DNA from: an uncultured Gemmatimonadaceae bacterium
Lineage (GTDB): Bacteria; Gemmatimonadota; Gemmatimonadetes; Gemmatimonadales; Gemmatimonadaceae
NCBI GenBank assembly: GCA_963790305.1
Contig: CAWBOC010000013.1
Location: 1 to 64,000, forward strand
DNA length: 64,000 nucleotides
Reading direction: 5' to 3'
In this document: positions 10,939 through 21,763 of the stretch, one piece after another
Position numbering within the stretch: the stretch's first letter is position 1
How the letters are laid out: each line of letters begins with the position of its first letter
The notes under the pieces: model-generated
The model's database searches: none
Told to the model about the DNA's origin: nothing
Seen by the model: only the letters and a program-made list of their open reading frames with translations
Position numbers and translations under genes: made by a program

Positions 10939-12021
10939 ATGCAAGACCAGATCGTCGAGCGCTGGGAAACGCAAAACGAGGCCGGGCGACGGTTCTTCGG
11001 CAGGGGCGATTTCGCTCGTGCCGAACAAGCGTTTGCCGCGGCTATTCGTGAAGCGGAACAGCTCGGCGCCGCCGATTTGCGTCTCGCGACGAGCCTCGCG
11101 AATCTCGCGCAGCTCAAGCTCCGTCAGAAGAACTACGACGAGGCGGACCGCCTCTTTCGTCGCTCCTTGCAGATCCGGGAGACCGCGCTCGGTCCCGATC
11201 ACGCGAGCCTCGTTCAGACGATCAGCGGTCTCGCCGCGGTGTGCTACGCACGCGGCGACATTGACGCCGCCGAGCCGCTGTTTCAGCGCGCGCTCTCGAT
11301 CACCGAGCGCCGACTCGGTGCGCAGCATCCCGACATCGTCACGAGCCTGAACAGCCTCGCGCGCATTGCATTCAAGCGGAACGACTACGCTGCGGCGGGT
11401 CCGTTGCTCGAGCGACTGCTGGTGCTCAAGGAGTCGACGGTTGGCCCGGGTCATCCTGAGGCCGCACCGATCCTCGGGAGCCTCGTAAAGGTCCGTTGCG
11501 CCGAGGGTGCGCTCGACGAAGCAGAGCGCCTGGCGCGTCGCGTCGTCACCATACGCGAGACCGAACAGCCGCTCAGCGAGATGGCGCTCGCGTCATCCCT
11601 CGAGCTCCTCGCCGATGTGCTGTCGCGACTCGGCAAGCGCGACGAGGAGAAGACCTCGCGACAGCGCGCGACCACGTTGCGCGGACATCCCGCGGCGACC
11701 GCCGGCCTGATGCCGCTGAACCAGCGACACACGCCAGCGCGAAAGGTGCCGGAGCTGCCGGAGCTGCCAGAGGTGCCGGATGTCCCAGTGGTGCCCGAGG
11801 TCCGCGATGTGCCGCAGGATGTGTTCGACCCTCACCCGACTCCCTCCGGTCTTCGCCGCAAGGTCGAGCCACCGCCCCCTGCTGCTGCGCCGTTAGGCGA
11901 CCACGCGTTCTTTCTGCCGGATATTGGCCCGAACGACGTCATCACGCCGATTCCCGCGAGTGCACCGCGTGCGCCCATGCCGTCGCCGATCGTCGCAGAT
12001 GCCGCGCATTTCGATGGATGA
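10939..12021 (+). CDS. Tetratricopeptide-repeat protein (kinesin-light-chain-like TPRs) with Pro-rich tail
   Basis: aaggag RBS; repeated TPR units such as RSLQIRETALGPDH and RALSITERRLGAQHPD. Confidence 0.85.
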   Translation: MQDQIVERWETQNEAGRRFFGRGDFARAEQAFAAAIREAEQLGAADLRLATSLANLAQLKLRQKNYDEADRLFRRSLQIRETALGPDHASLVQTISGLAAVCYARGDIDAAEPLFQRALSITERRLGAQHPDIVTSLNSLARIAFKRNDYAAAGPLLERLLVLKESTVGPGHPEAAPILGSLVKVRCAEGALDEAERLARRVVTIRETEQPLSEMALASSLELLADVLSRLGKRDEEKTSRQRATTLRGHPAATAGLMPLNQRHTPARKVPELPELPEVPDVPVVPEVRDVPQDVFDPHPTPSGLRRKVEPPPPAAAPLGDHAFFLPDIGPNDVITPIPASAPRAPMPSPIVADAAHFDG

Positions 12022-12820
12022 ATCGACGGACCAGATCGTGACGCGGCGGAAGACGCCGCCGGCGGCGCCGCCACCGCTCCCGGAGGCGCCACGAACCGTC
12101 GAGCCCAACACGAGCGTCGAAGGGGCAGGCCAGGAGATCGTCCCGATTCCGACGGCACCTCCGGCGCGCCCCGCGCCAGCCGTCCTCTCGCCCGCCCCAG
12201 CGGCGCCGCCCCGCCGCAGTACTCCGCGTCAGATACGACGCGAGCAGCCACGCCCGCGTCCGCGCCGACGCCGCGAATCGACCGGCCCTCGACCGCCGCG
12301 CCGACGCTCCGGCCGGAAGATGCTCGTGGTGCTCGCGGTGCTGATCACCGCCGGCGCCGCCGCCGCCGCGATGGGCCGCGGCGGCGTCACCGAGTCGAGA
12401 GGCGTGGCCGATGCGCCGACGCGCGAGTTTCGTCCGGCGCCGCGCAAGCCGCGCGCCGCTCGCGTCGTTCGACCGAGCGTCGACTCGCTTGCGGCATCGG
12501 TCCGCGACTCCGTTGCGCTGCTCATGGGCCAGCCGCCGGCGCCGCCGCCGCCGCCCCAGCGGGGGACGTCGGGATCGTCGCAGGAGGTCAACGTACCGGC
12601 TCCGCTTCAGCGCAGCGATCCACTGGCGCGGCAGATCGAGCAAATGCTGCCGACTCGTCAGGCGGAGCCCGAGACGCCCCTTCCCCCTTCGGCGAGCCTC
12701 AACAGGGCTGGCGCAGCTGCCGAAATGAGCGCCGCCCGCGCGATGGCGCGGATCGATTCCGTCACGCGAAGGGACGTCAGCCCGACCTTCACCGCGAAGC
12801 CGATCCCAAGACCGCGGTAG
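12014..12820 (+). CDS. Pro/Arg-rich membrane-anchored protein; probably the frameshifted C-terminus of the TPR protein
   Basis: ORF 11924-12820, one hydrophobic segment (MLVVLAVLITAGAAAAA), composition continuous with the upstream tail. Confidence 0.5.
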   Translation: MDESTDQIVTRRKTPPAAPPPLPEAPRTVEPNTSVEGAGQEIVPIPTAPPARPAPAVLSPAPAAPPRRSTPRQIRREQPRPRPRRRRESTGPRPPRRRSGRKMLVVLAVLITAGAAAAAMGRGGVTESRGVADAPTREFRPAPRKPRAARVVRPSVDSLAASVRDSVALLMGQPPAPPPPPQRGTSGSSQEVNVPAPLQRSDPLARQIEQMLPTRQAEPETPLPPSASLNRAGAAAEMSAARAMARIDSVTRRDVSPTFTAKPIPRPR

Positions 12821-12898
12821 TCGAGGTCGTCGGCAATGGCGAGGTAATCGAGGCGCATTTCCTCGATCACCTCGACATCGTCGACGACCTCGCTCACC
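12816..12898. repeat. Family B hairpin element, copy B2
   Basis: tagtcgaggtcgtcg...gaggtaatcgagg-cgcattt-cctcgatcacctcgacatcgtcgacgacctcg. Confidence 0.85.
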
Positions 12899-12937
12899 TT
12901 CCTTCGACGGGTTTGCTACCATTTCGGAGGAGTGTGC

Positions 12938-13729
12938 ATGCCAGCAGACGTGATCGACTACCGGCTCATCGGCGATGATCTGCAGGCGGTGATCGTGACC
13001 CTGGACCCCGGCGAGGGTGTGATCGCCGAGGCGGGCGCGATGATGTACATGGAGGAAGGCATCGAGATGGCCACGACTCTCGACCCCTCCGGCGCCGGTG
13101 GCGGGGTGATGAGCAAGCTGCTCGGCGCTGGCAAGCGGATGCTCACGGGTGAGTCATTCTTCATCACGCTGTTCGCCAACCAGGCGCACGTGCGGCGCGA
13201 CGTCGCGTTCTCCTCGCCGTACCCTGGAAAGATTCAGCCGATCGATCTCAAGGACTGGGGCGGGACACTCATCGCGCAAAAGGACGCCTTCCTCTGTGGA
13301 GCGCGAGGCATCGACGTCAGCATCGCGTTGAATCGCCGCATTGGTGCCGGATTTTTCGGTGGCGAAGGGTTCATTCTCCAGAAGCTCACCGGCGATGGCC
13401 TCGCCTTCCTGCATGCGTCGGGAACGCTGCACCCCATCGACCTCAAGCCGAAGGAGGCGCTGCGCGTCGACACGGGGTGCCTGGTCGCCTTCCAACCGTC
13501 GGTCGACTACAACATTGAGATGGTGAAGGGGATCAAGACGGCGCTCTTCGGCGGGGAAGGCCTGTTTTTCGTGCGCCTAACGGGTCCGGGCCGCGTGATC
13601 CTGCAGACGCTCCCCTTCTCGCGGCTGGCCGATCGCATCATCGCGGCGTCCCCTCGCGCGGGGGGAGCACGCCGAGAGGAAGGTGGCGTGCTGGGCATGC
13701 TTGGAAACGTGCTCGACGGAGACTCCTGA
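12938..13729 (+). CDS. TIGR00266/AIM24 family protein
   Basis: AEAGAMMYM, RMLTGESFF, GFFGGEGFILQKL, VDTGCLVAF and QTLPFSRLA motifs. Confidence 0.92.
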   Translation: MPADVIDYRLIGDDLQAVIVTLDPGEGVIAEAGAMMYMEEGIEMATTLDPSGAGGGVMSKLLGAGKRMLTGESFFITLFANQAHVRRDVAFSSPYPGKIQPIDLKDWGGTLIAQKDAFLCGARGIDVSIALNRRIGAGFFGGEGFILQKLTGDGLAFLHASGTLHPIDLKPKEALRVDTGCLVAFQPSVDYNIEMVKGIKTALFGGEGLFFVRLTGPGRVILQTLPFSRLADRIIAASPRAGGARREEGGVLGMLGNVLDGDS

Positions 13730-13733
13730 TCGA

Positions 13734-14864
13734 TCACGGGGCCCGGACGTCGCTGAGAACGCGTTCGAGCGCCGCGGCGTCGATCCACCCGCGATCGAGG
13801 GCATGGGCAGCGACCTCACCGGTGTCCGCCGCGAGCAGCAGCTCGGAACGCGCCTCGGCGACTTCTCGCGCAAGCGCGCGGATGCGGTCTGCGCGGCGAG
13901 CGTCAGGCGTCACGTTCCGGATGTAGATTGCCAGAATTCGGGACGGATATCGCGCGACGATCTCGCGGTAGATTTCCGGATCTTCCTGACCCGAGTCGCC
14001 GATGAGCACGAACGGGAGGGTGGGATACAGCTCGATGATCGCCCGGATCGCCTCGATCTTGTGCGAGCCGTGCGACGTCGGCAGGAGCTCGCGACTCGAC
14101 AGCCCCCAGTCGCGCAGCATGATGGGGCCTTCGGGGATTTCGCGAATGGCAAGAAACTCCGCGAGCACGTCATACAGGTTCCAGGGGCTGCTCGAGACGT
14201 AGAAGACCGGATTGTTCTGCCCACCGTCCGTTCCTTCCTGCAGCGCGCGATATAACGATGCAACGCCCGCGAAGGGCAGGCGTGTGCGCGCGTTGGCGAG
14301 GAAAACCGAGCGAAGGAGCGCGCGCGCGTCGGTGGCTCCGGTCTGCACGACCGTGTCGTCGAGATCGCTGATGACTCCGAGCTTCGCGGTCGCGGGAGGC
14401 ACGAGGACGCGGCCGATCGCCACCGGTGACGGGACGGCGAGGTCACGTGGTGCGAGTAGCTCGAGCGCGACGTCATGCCAGAGCGCGTCGCCGTGAAGAG
14501 CCTCGCGCGGCGCGAGCCAGGTGTCGAAGTATCCTTCGGCATCGGTAACGAGCTCCTGCGTCGCACCCGCGAAGCGAATACCCACGCGTGCGCCGGGCAC
14601 TTCATCGCTCTCGAGCCGACGGACCGCGCTCAACACGTTTCGCCAGGCGGAATCACGCTCGCCCGCGGCGGGGATTCCCTCATCCTCGAGCACCCGCCCT
14701 CGCACGCGGACGCGCTCGCTCGTTCCGTAGCCTCGATAGGCGTGGATGACGAGCGGATCGCGTCGCCCTTTCCGGTCGGCGCGGCGTGCCATTGCGGAAT
14801 CGACTCGACCTTCGAGCTCCGCGGCCAGCGCGAGCAGGCGTTCCCGCCATCCGGAATTGGTCAT
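13734..14864 (-). CDS. App1-family (DUF2183) phosphatidate phosphatase
   Basis: ISDLDDTV, YVSSSPWNLY, LIGDSGQEDPEIY and AIYIR motifs. Confidence 0.9.
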   Translation of the reverse strand: MTNSGWRERLLALAAELEGRVDSAMARRADRKGRRDPLVIHAYRGYGTSERVRVRGRVLEDEGIPAAGERDSAWRNVLSAVRRLESDEVPGARVGIRFAGATQELVTDAEGYFDTWLAPREALHGDALWHDVALELLAPRDLAVPSPVAIGRVLVPPATAKLGVISDLDDTVVQTGATDARALLRSVFLANARTRLPFAGVASLYRALQEGTDGGQNNPVFYVSSSPWNLYDVLAEFLAIREIPEGPIMLRDWGLSSRELLPTSHGSHKIEAIRAIIELYPTLPFVLIGDSGQEDPEIYREIVARYPSRILAIYIRNVTPDARRADRIRALAREVAEARSELLLAADTGEVAAHALDRGWIDAAALERVLSDVRAP

Positions 14865-14881
14865 GGAGAACGGCAGTGACC

Positions 14882-14941
14882 TCAGATGTCAGAATTCAAA
14901 TTCAGAGTTCAGATTACATTCTCTGAATTCTGACATTCTGA
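14882..14941. repeat. Family C hairpin element, (TCAGAAT)n...(ATTCTGA)n
   Basis: tcagatg-tcagaat-tcaaat-tcagagt-tcaga...tctgaat-tctgaca-ttctga; AT-rich island between divergent genes. Confidence 0.8.
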
Positions 14942-14973
14942 TCTCTTGGCCGTTCAAGCTCACTAGAGACCGC

Positions 14974-15555
14974 ATGGACCCTATCGAGCATTTTCGGACG
15001 CTCCTCGCAGCGGCACAGGCTGTCGATCGCGCGCAGCTTCCCGAGCCGACGGCAATGACGCTGGCGACCGTTGGAGGCGACGGGCAGCCGTCGGCACGGC
15101 TGGTCCTGCTCAAGTCGGTGGATGACCGCGGCTTTGTGTTTTACACCAATCTCCGCAGCCGCAAAGGCCGGGAGCTGGCAGCGAACCCGCGCGCGGCGCT
15201 CACGTTTCACTGGCAGCCCCTGGAGGTTCAAGTCCGTATCGAGGGTCTCGCAGAGCAGGTGGAGGACGCGGAGGCCGATGAGTACTTCGCGACGCGCCCT
15301 CGAGGAAGCCAGATCGGAGCATGGGCCTCGGATCAAAGCGAGGAGCTGACGCAGGCCGCTGATCTCGACGCGCGCTTCGTCGAAATGGAGCGGCGGTTCG
15401 CGGGCCGTGACGTTCCCCGCCCGCCACACTGGAGCGGATATCTCGTAATTCCGGAGCGCATCGAATTCTGGCGAAGTCGCCCGAGTCGGCTGCACGAGCG
15501 GCGCCTGTTCGAGCGGCACGGTGGGGGCTGGAGAGAGAGCCTTCTGTATCCCTAG
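14974..15555 (+). CDS. pdxH: Pyridoxamine 5'-phosphate oxidase
   Basis: AMTLAT, RLVLLK, FYTNLRSRKG, SQIGAWASDQS, PPHWSG and EFW...RLHER motifs. Confidence 0.95.
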   Translation: MDPIEHFRTLLAAAQAVDRAQLPEPTAMTLATVGGDGQPSARLVLLKSVDDRGFVFYTNLRSRKGRELAANPRAALTFHWQPLEVQVRIEGLAEQVEDAEADEYFATRPRGSQIGAWASDQSEELTQAADLDARFVEMERRFAGRDVPRPPHWSGYLVIPERIEFWRSRPSRLHERRLFERHGGGWRESLLYP

Positions 15556-15630
15556 GCGGTCGAGGTCGTCGAGGTGATCGAGGTGAGGTCGCCTGGATCA
15601 CCTCGCCGACCTTGGCGACCTCGACAACCT
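15554..15630. repeat. Family B hairpin element, copy B3
   Basis: aggcggtcg-aggtcgtcg-aggtgatcg-aggtg...gatcacctcgccgaccttggcgacctcgacaacct. Confidence 0.85.
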
Positions 15631-15667
15631 TTGGTCCACAGGCGCAACCAACTACTATTCGCCCATC

Positions 15668-17603
15668 ATGGCCACACGAATCGCTGAGCGCTCGCCCGTC
15701 GCCGCGCCGCCGCGAAGCTGGACGATCGAGGACTCCCGCCAGCTCTACAACATTCGAAGGGTGGGGCCTCGGCTACTTCGACATCAGTGCCGAAGGGCAC
15801 GTCGTCGTTCGGCCCGACAAGGCGCATCCCGAGCGTGAGCTCGATCTCTTCGAGCTGGCGATGGATCTCGAGCAACAGGGCGTGGGGTTGCCGCTCCTGC
15901 TCCGGTTCTCGGAGATCCTTCGCTCTCGCATCGAGTCGCTGAGCCAGAAGTTCGGCGCTGCGATCGAGGAATTCGGCTACGAAGCCAGCTATACCACCGT
16001 GTACCCGATCAAGGTCAACCAGCAGCGTCACGTCGTCGAGGAGATCGTGCAGTTTGGTGCGCCGCACGGCGTCGGGTTGGAGTGCGGCAGTAAGCCCGAG
16101 CTGCAGGCGGTGCTCGCGCTTCGCGAAAGCACCGATCACCTCATCGTCTGCAACGGGTACAAGGACACCGAGTTCATGCGGCTGGCCCTCATGGGTCAGA
16201 AGCTCGGTCACCAGGTCTTCATCGTCATCGAGCAGCTGTCGGAGCTCGACGTGCTCCTCGAGGCGGCGGACTCCCTTGGCGTCGAGCCGACCGCCGGCGT
16301 TCGCATCAAGCTGGCATCGGAGGGATTCGGCCGCTGGGCGAAGAGCGGAGGAGAGAAGTCGAAGTTCGGCCTCTCCTCGAGCGAGCTGGTGAAAATGATC
16401 GACAAGCTCGCCGCCCTCGGACGCCTCGACATTCTCCGCCTGATCCACTTCCACCTCGGCTCGCAGATCACCGACATCCGGTACATCAAGGCCGGTCTGG
16501 CGGAGGTCTCTCGGTTCTACGCCGAGCTGCGTGGTCTCGGGGTCAACATCACCCACGTGGACGTCGGGGGAGGACTCGGCGTCGACTACGACGGCTCGGG
16601 TACCACCGTGATCTCGAGCGTCAACTACACGCTTCAGGAGTACGCGAACGACGTCATCTACACCATCGGCGAGGCATGCCGGGAGCAGGGGCTCCCAATG
16701 CCCCACATCATCTCGGAGTCGGGGCGCGCGCTCACCGCGCATCATGCGCTGTTGCTCGTGAAGGTGATCGACGTGGAAACGCCGGTGGCGGTGTCGCCGC
16801 CGGTGCCGACCGAGGACGACCATCTGGTACTCCACGAGCTTCGCGAGGGGTATGACACCATCTCGACGAAGAGCGTGCGCGAGGTGTACCACGACGCGAC
16901 CTTCGCGAAGGAGCGCGCGCACGAGCTGTTCAAGAGCGGCGTGCTCACGCTGCGCGGCCGCGCGATGGCCGACCAGCTCTATACGGCCACGGTGAACGAG
17001 ATCGCGAAGCTCGCGCAGCTCGATCGCGAGGAATACGCGGATCTGCTGCCGGAAGTCGAGTCGGCGCTCGTGGACCGGTACTTCTGCAATTTCTCGGTGT
17101 TCCAGTCACTGCCCGACAGCTGGGCGATCGATCAGCTGTTCCCGATCATGCCAATTCACCGTCTGGATGAGGCGCCGGCGCGTCGTGGCACGCTGCAGGA
17201 CATGACATGCGACTCGGATGGCAAGATCGACCGGTTCACGGGCGGGCGAAAGGGAAAGCCGAGCCTGGAGCTCCATCCCTGGCACGAGGGTCAGCCGTAC
17301 ATCCTGGGCTTCTTCCTGACGGGGGCCTATCAGGAGATCCTGGGCGACCTCCACAACCTGTTCGGCGACACGAACGCCGTGCACATCCGCCTGGCGCCTA
17401 ACGGCTACGAGGTGACGGATCTCGTGCACGGCGATACCGTCACCGAGGTGCTGAACTACGTGCAGTTCCGGGCGTCCGATCTGCTGGCGACGTTCCGCCG
17501 GAAGGTGACGGCAGCGAAGACACTCTCCCGCGAAGAGGCGAATGCCTTCATTGCGGATTACGTGGCTGGGTTGGAAGGGTACACGTATTTGGAAGGCGAG
17601 TAA
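15668..17603 (+). CDS. speA: Biosynthetic arginine decarboxylase (frameshift near 15755)
   Basis: MATRIAE...WTIEDSRQLYNI joins EGWGLGYF; YPIKVNQ, HFHLGSQI, DVGGGLGVDYDG, TCDSDGKID and GAYQEILGDLHNLFG motifs. Confidence 0.95.
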
Positions 17604-17607
17604 TTCC

Positions 17608-17721
17608 GAATGCGGAATACGGAATGCGGATTCCAGGTAACCGCAAGCAAGCGAGGGCTCCGAGTCGGTTCTCGGAGCCCTCAGCGCATCATGCTCTTAC
17701 CCGCATTCCGCATTCCGCATT

Positions 17722-17722
<1 letters not shown>
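17608..17722. repeat. Family A hairpin element with perfect inner stem, copy A3
   Basis: gaatgcg-gaatacg-gaatgcg...agggctccgag-tcggtt-ctcggagccct...cgcattc x3; fills the convergent speA/sodA gap. Confidence 0.9.
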
Positions 17723-18333
<611 letters not shown>

Positions 18334-18381
18334 GAGCGCGTTCTCCGGGCCAATCGTGAAGTGCTTGGGGGCGCGTTCGGG

Positions 18382-19041
18382 TCAGACGTCGGTCGGAGAG
18401 GGACCGGCGGGGGCCGGAGCGCGCCGGCGTTCGTTCCACCAGTGAATGATCCCCGGCAAAATCGAGAGGAAGATCACTATCAGAATAACCTTTTCAATGT
18501 GCCGATCGATCCCGGGGATCCAGCGGCCGAGGAAGAAGCCTGTGAACAGCATGGTCCATACCCAGAGCAGGCCGCCGAAGACGTTATAGAACACGAAGTC
18601 CCGATATCGCATCTCGGCAACCCCCGCTACCACCGGCGCAAAGGTGCGGATGATTGGCATGAATCGCGCGAGTACGATCGTCTTGCCACCGTGCTTTTCG
18701 TAGAACGCATGGGCCCGGTACAGGTGCTTCTTGTTGAAGAACCGTGAGTCCTCGCGGGTGAAGATTCTGGGACCCGTTTTCCGCCCGATGTAATAGCCGA
18801 CCTGGTCGCCCGCGATCGCCGCGACGGAAAGCAGGAGGCCGAGGTAGTACACGTTGAGGCCGAAGTCCGGCTGGGAAGCCAGTAGCCCGGCGGTGACGAG
18901 CAACGAGTCACCGGGGAGGAAGAAGCCGATGAGGAGACCTGTTTCGACGAAAACAATGGTTGTGAGGCCCACGTAGCCGCCCCAGCGGACGATGGCTTCT
19001 ACGTCGGTAAGGCGATGCCACAGATCGATAAGGGTGTCCAT
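18382..19041 (-). CDS. DedA/VTT-domain membrane protein
   Basis: FVETGLLIGFFLPGDSLL and ARFMPIIRTFAPVVAG motifs. Confidence 0.93.
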   Translation of the reverse strand: MDTLIDLWHRLTDVEAIVRWGGYVGLTTIVFVETGLLIGFFLPGDSLLVTAGLLASQPDFGLNVYYLGLLLSVAAIAGDQVGYYIGRKTGPRIFTREDSRFFNKKHLYRAHAFYEKHGGKTIVLARFMPIIRTFAPVVAGVAEMRYRDFVFYNVFGGLLWVWTMLFTGFFLGRWIPGIDRHIEKVILIVIFLSILPGIIHWWNERRRAPAPAGPSPTDV

Positions 19042-19124
19042 GCCATTCCGGATGCGAGAGCAGGAGAGAGTCCTTCAACATCCACGGGCGCGCCGATGAG
19101 GTCAACCGGCGCGGTGGCAGCGCG

Positions 19125-20366
19125 TTGACTGAGCACGGTCATGGCGCCGGACGGGCCTCGGGCCCCGGCCATGGCATGCTGGAGGATGTCGAGCGCGCCG
19201 TTGTCGACGCGGCGCAGCGCATTCTGCATGGGGCCGAGCTGGCGTTTCATCTGCCGGCGCCGCCGAAGAGCCGCTGGCATCGCGCCGGTGTCTCGGCGCG
19301 CACGGAAAAGGTGATGGACATCGCCGGTGGAAGCCTGCTCGCGACCTTCCTCGTCGGCTGGTCGTGGTCCGTCGCCACGGCGGATGCGCGCCCAGACGAC
19401 GGAGCGGGGGTCAATCGCGTGACGGCCTCGATTACGAGCGCGCTCACGAGCTCGGACGCGCCGACCACCGCCTTCCTCACCGAGGCGGCGATGCAGGCAT
19501 TGTTGCCGCTGCGCGGCGAGAGTGGACGTCTGCAGGCGCAGTTTCGGGAGCCGGGCGCGCCGCTCGTCGGCGACACGCTGCCGGACGGCGCCGTCGTGCA
19601 CTACTCGTCAGGCGCCGCCACCGACTCGGCATTGGTGGATTCGGTCGTGCGCGGCCCCGGCGACCCGGGAATCTGGAGCGTCGCGATCAAGGTGGGCGCG
19701 GCCATTCGCCCCCTGTCGGACTTCAACGTCATCACGTTGAAGCCGTTCAGTACGAAGCAGCGCGGACGGATTGGGCTGTACTTCCTCGGAAGCTGGCCCA
19801 ACGAGCGTGGTCGTGCCCCGACCCGTTATGCCCCGCCGCGTGGATTCATAGAAGTCACCCAGGAAAATCGCAGCACGTACGTCAGCGAGCACTTTCGTCT
19901 GGGTGACTTCCTGACGAAGAACCAGTTCGAGGTGTGGCCCAAGTATCTCGTCCTTGAGACGCGGCTGCTCGACAAGCTGGAGTTGGTGCTCGCCGAGTTG
20001 CGCACCCTCGGCATTCAAACGAGCGGCGTGAAGGTGCTCAGTGGGTTCCGGACACCGCAGTACAATCGCGGGGGTGGTGATCCGCGAGGCAGGGCCGCGC
20101 TCAGCCGCCACATGTACGGCGACGCGGCAGATATCTACATCGACAACGACGGCAACGGCGCGATGGATGATCTGAATGGCGACGGTCGCGTGAACATTCG
20201 CGATGCGCGTGTGCTTCAGGACGCCGTCGACCGAGTCGAACGGGCACATCCGCAGCTCATTGGCGGATGCGGCATTTATCCGGGAACGGGCAGCCACGGC
20301 CCGTTCGCGCACATCGATACACGGGGCTACCGCGCCCGGTGGATCGGCACAGGAGACGGCGGATGA
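19125..20366 (+). CDS. Peptidase M15A-like (D-Ala-D-Ala carboxypeptidase fold) protein
   Basis: SEHFRLGDF, SGFRTPQYN, SRHMYGDAAD and HIDTRG motifs; start uncertain. Confidence 0.8.
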   Translation: MTEHGHGAGRASGPGHGMLEDVERAVVDAAQRILHGAELAFHLPAPPKSRWHRAGVSARTEKVMDIAGGSLLATFLVGWSWSVATADARPDDGAGVNRVTASITSALTSSDAPTTAFLTEAAMQALLPLRGESGRLQAQFREPGAPLVGDTLPDGAVVHYSSGAATDSALVDSVVRGPGDPGIWSVAIKVGAAIRPLSDFNVITLKPFSTKQRGRIGLYFLGSWPNERGRAPTRYAPPRGFIEVTQENRSTYVSEHFRLGDFLTKNQFEVWPKYLVLETRLLDKLELVLAELRTLGIQTSGVKVLSGFRTPQYNRGGGDPRGRAALSRHMYGDAADIYIDNDGNGAMDDLNGDGRVNIRDARVLQDAVDRVERAHPQLIGGCGIYPGTGSHGPFAHIDTRGYRARWIGTGDGG

Positions 20367-20923
20367 CCAGCACACGAGAAGCTCAAGAGACCAGGGCCGC
20401 AGCCCTGGGACGTTGTCCGGAGTGCGGAAAGGCGCGCCCGGATCTGTCCACGGCGTGCGAGCACTGCGGTGCTGCGCCCCTCGGCCCTGCCAATGCCGCC
20501 GCCAGTGAGGGCGCGACGCATCGGCGCGATGGTCCCGAGGCCATCATGCAGGTTCGCGCTGCGGACATGGAGCCGTACGTCGGCCTTCGCTACGTCGCGA
20601 AGCTGTTCCGACTCATGGCGTTGATCCTGGTGCTGCTCCTGGTCGCCGAGATCGTGACCGGGCTGACGACGCAGGGAAGCAGCGCGATTCCTACCCTGCT
20701 CGCCGAGGGGAGCCGACTGATCGTTCTCGCGGGCTTGCTGTGGGCGAGCGGAGACCTGGCGATCCTGCTCATCGACATCGGTCACGACGTGCGTGCGACG
20801 CGGATTCTCATTGGACGACAATCAGCGCACCACCTCGCCGAGCACCCGCAGGCGCGGCGCCGTGACGAGCGCGAGAGAGTGGTCGAGCGAAAGACCGAGC
20901 GGCAGCGCGAGCTCGCGGAGTGA
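20363..20923 (+). CDS. Hypothetical membrane protein with N-terminal zinc ribbon
   Basis: CPECG...CEHCG and two hydrophobic helices; ATGA overlap with the upstream stop. Confidence 0.7.
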   Translation: MTSTREAQETRAAALGRCPECGKARPDLSTACEHCGAAPLGPANAAASEGATHRRDGPEAIMQVRAADMEPYVGLRYVAKLFRLMALILVLLLVAEIVTGLTTQGSSAIPTLLAEGSRLIVLAGLLWASGDLAILLIDIGHDVRATRILIGRQSAHHLAEHPQARRRDERERVVERKTERQRELAE

Positions 20924-21477
20924 GCGTCACCGTTTACACGATTGGACACTCGACGAGATCGCTCGACGACTTCGTCGCGCTGCTGCATCGCGAGGGCATT
21001 CGCGCGCTCGTGGACGTGCGAGCGTTTCCGACGTCGCGACGCTACCCGCATTTCAATCAGGAGTCGCTTGTCGTGTCGCTGGCCGCGCACGGCATTACGT
21101 ACCGCCACGCCGCCGCGCTGGGCGGTCGTCGTCGGCCCCGTGCCGACTCGCCGAACGGCGCGTGGCGAAACGAGAGCTTTCGCGCCTACGCCGATCACAT
21201 GCGGACGCCGGAATTTCGTCAGGCGATCGACGAGATCATCGCCGGCGCGGAACGGGTTCGGACGACGGTCATGTGCGCCGAGGCCGTGCCGTGGAAGTGT
21301 CATCGCTTCTTGATTGCCGACGCGCTGGTCGCGCGCGGCTGTGAGGTTCGTCACGTGCTCGACGCGTCGACTGACCGTCACGAGCTGATGGAGATCGCGC
21401 GTGTGGAAAACGGCGAGGTCACCTATCCGCCACCTAACACGCCGAGGCCGCAGACCGAGTTGTTCAGGACCGGATGA
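20920..21477 (+). CDS. DUF488 family protein
   Basis: YTIGHSTR, LVDVRAFPTSRR, LGGRR and MCAEAVPWKCHR motifs. Confidence 0.9.
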   Translation: MSVTVYTIGHSTRSLDDFVALLHREGIRALVDVRAFPTSRRYPHFNQESLVVSLAAHGITYRHAAALGGRRRPRADSPNGAWRNESFRAYADHMRTPEFRQAIDEIIAGAERVRTTVMCAEAVPWKCHRFLIADALVARGCEVRHVLDASTDRHELMEIARVENGEVTYPPPNTPRPQTELFRTG

Positions 21478-21553
21478 TCACCGAGCGCGGCATGCGTGTT
21501 GCTCTACGAATCGTCGCGCCAGACGGAACACAAAACTCACTCAGGGGGCACGC

Positions 21554-21703
21554 ATGCTCTGGACGATCGCCATCATTCTGCTCATCCTTTGGCTCCTCGG
21601 TGCCTTCGTGGTCAACATCGGTGGAATAGTCCACCTGCTCCTGGTGATCGCGGTTATCGTGATCGTCTACCGTCTCGTGACGGGCCGGAGACCAGTGGCC
21701 TGA
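21554..21703 (+). CDS. lmo0937-family small membrane protein
   Basis: MLWTIAIILLILWLLG...GGIVHLLLVIAVI. Confidence 0.85.
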   Translation: MLWTIAIILLILWLLGAFVVNIGGIVHLLLVIAVIVIVYRLVTGRRPVA

Positions 21704-21718
21704 CGCCAGCGAATGCAC

Positions 21719-21751
21719 AAGGGCGGCCGAATCGGCCGCCCTTTTTTTTTA
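21719..21751 (+). terminator. Rho-independent terminator
   Basis: aagggcggccga-a-tcggccgccctt followed by a T-tract. Confidence 0.85.
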
Positions 21752-21763
21752 TTCATATCCGGC

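Noticed and set aside
10744..15667. ORF-track N-terminal extensions (10744, 14746, 15612) and the many long antisense or alternate-frame ORFs
   Set aside because: They are read-through of repeat elements or GC-rich shadow ORFs; better starts exist at 10939, 14974 and 15668.
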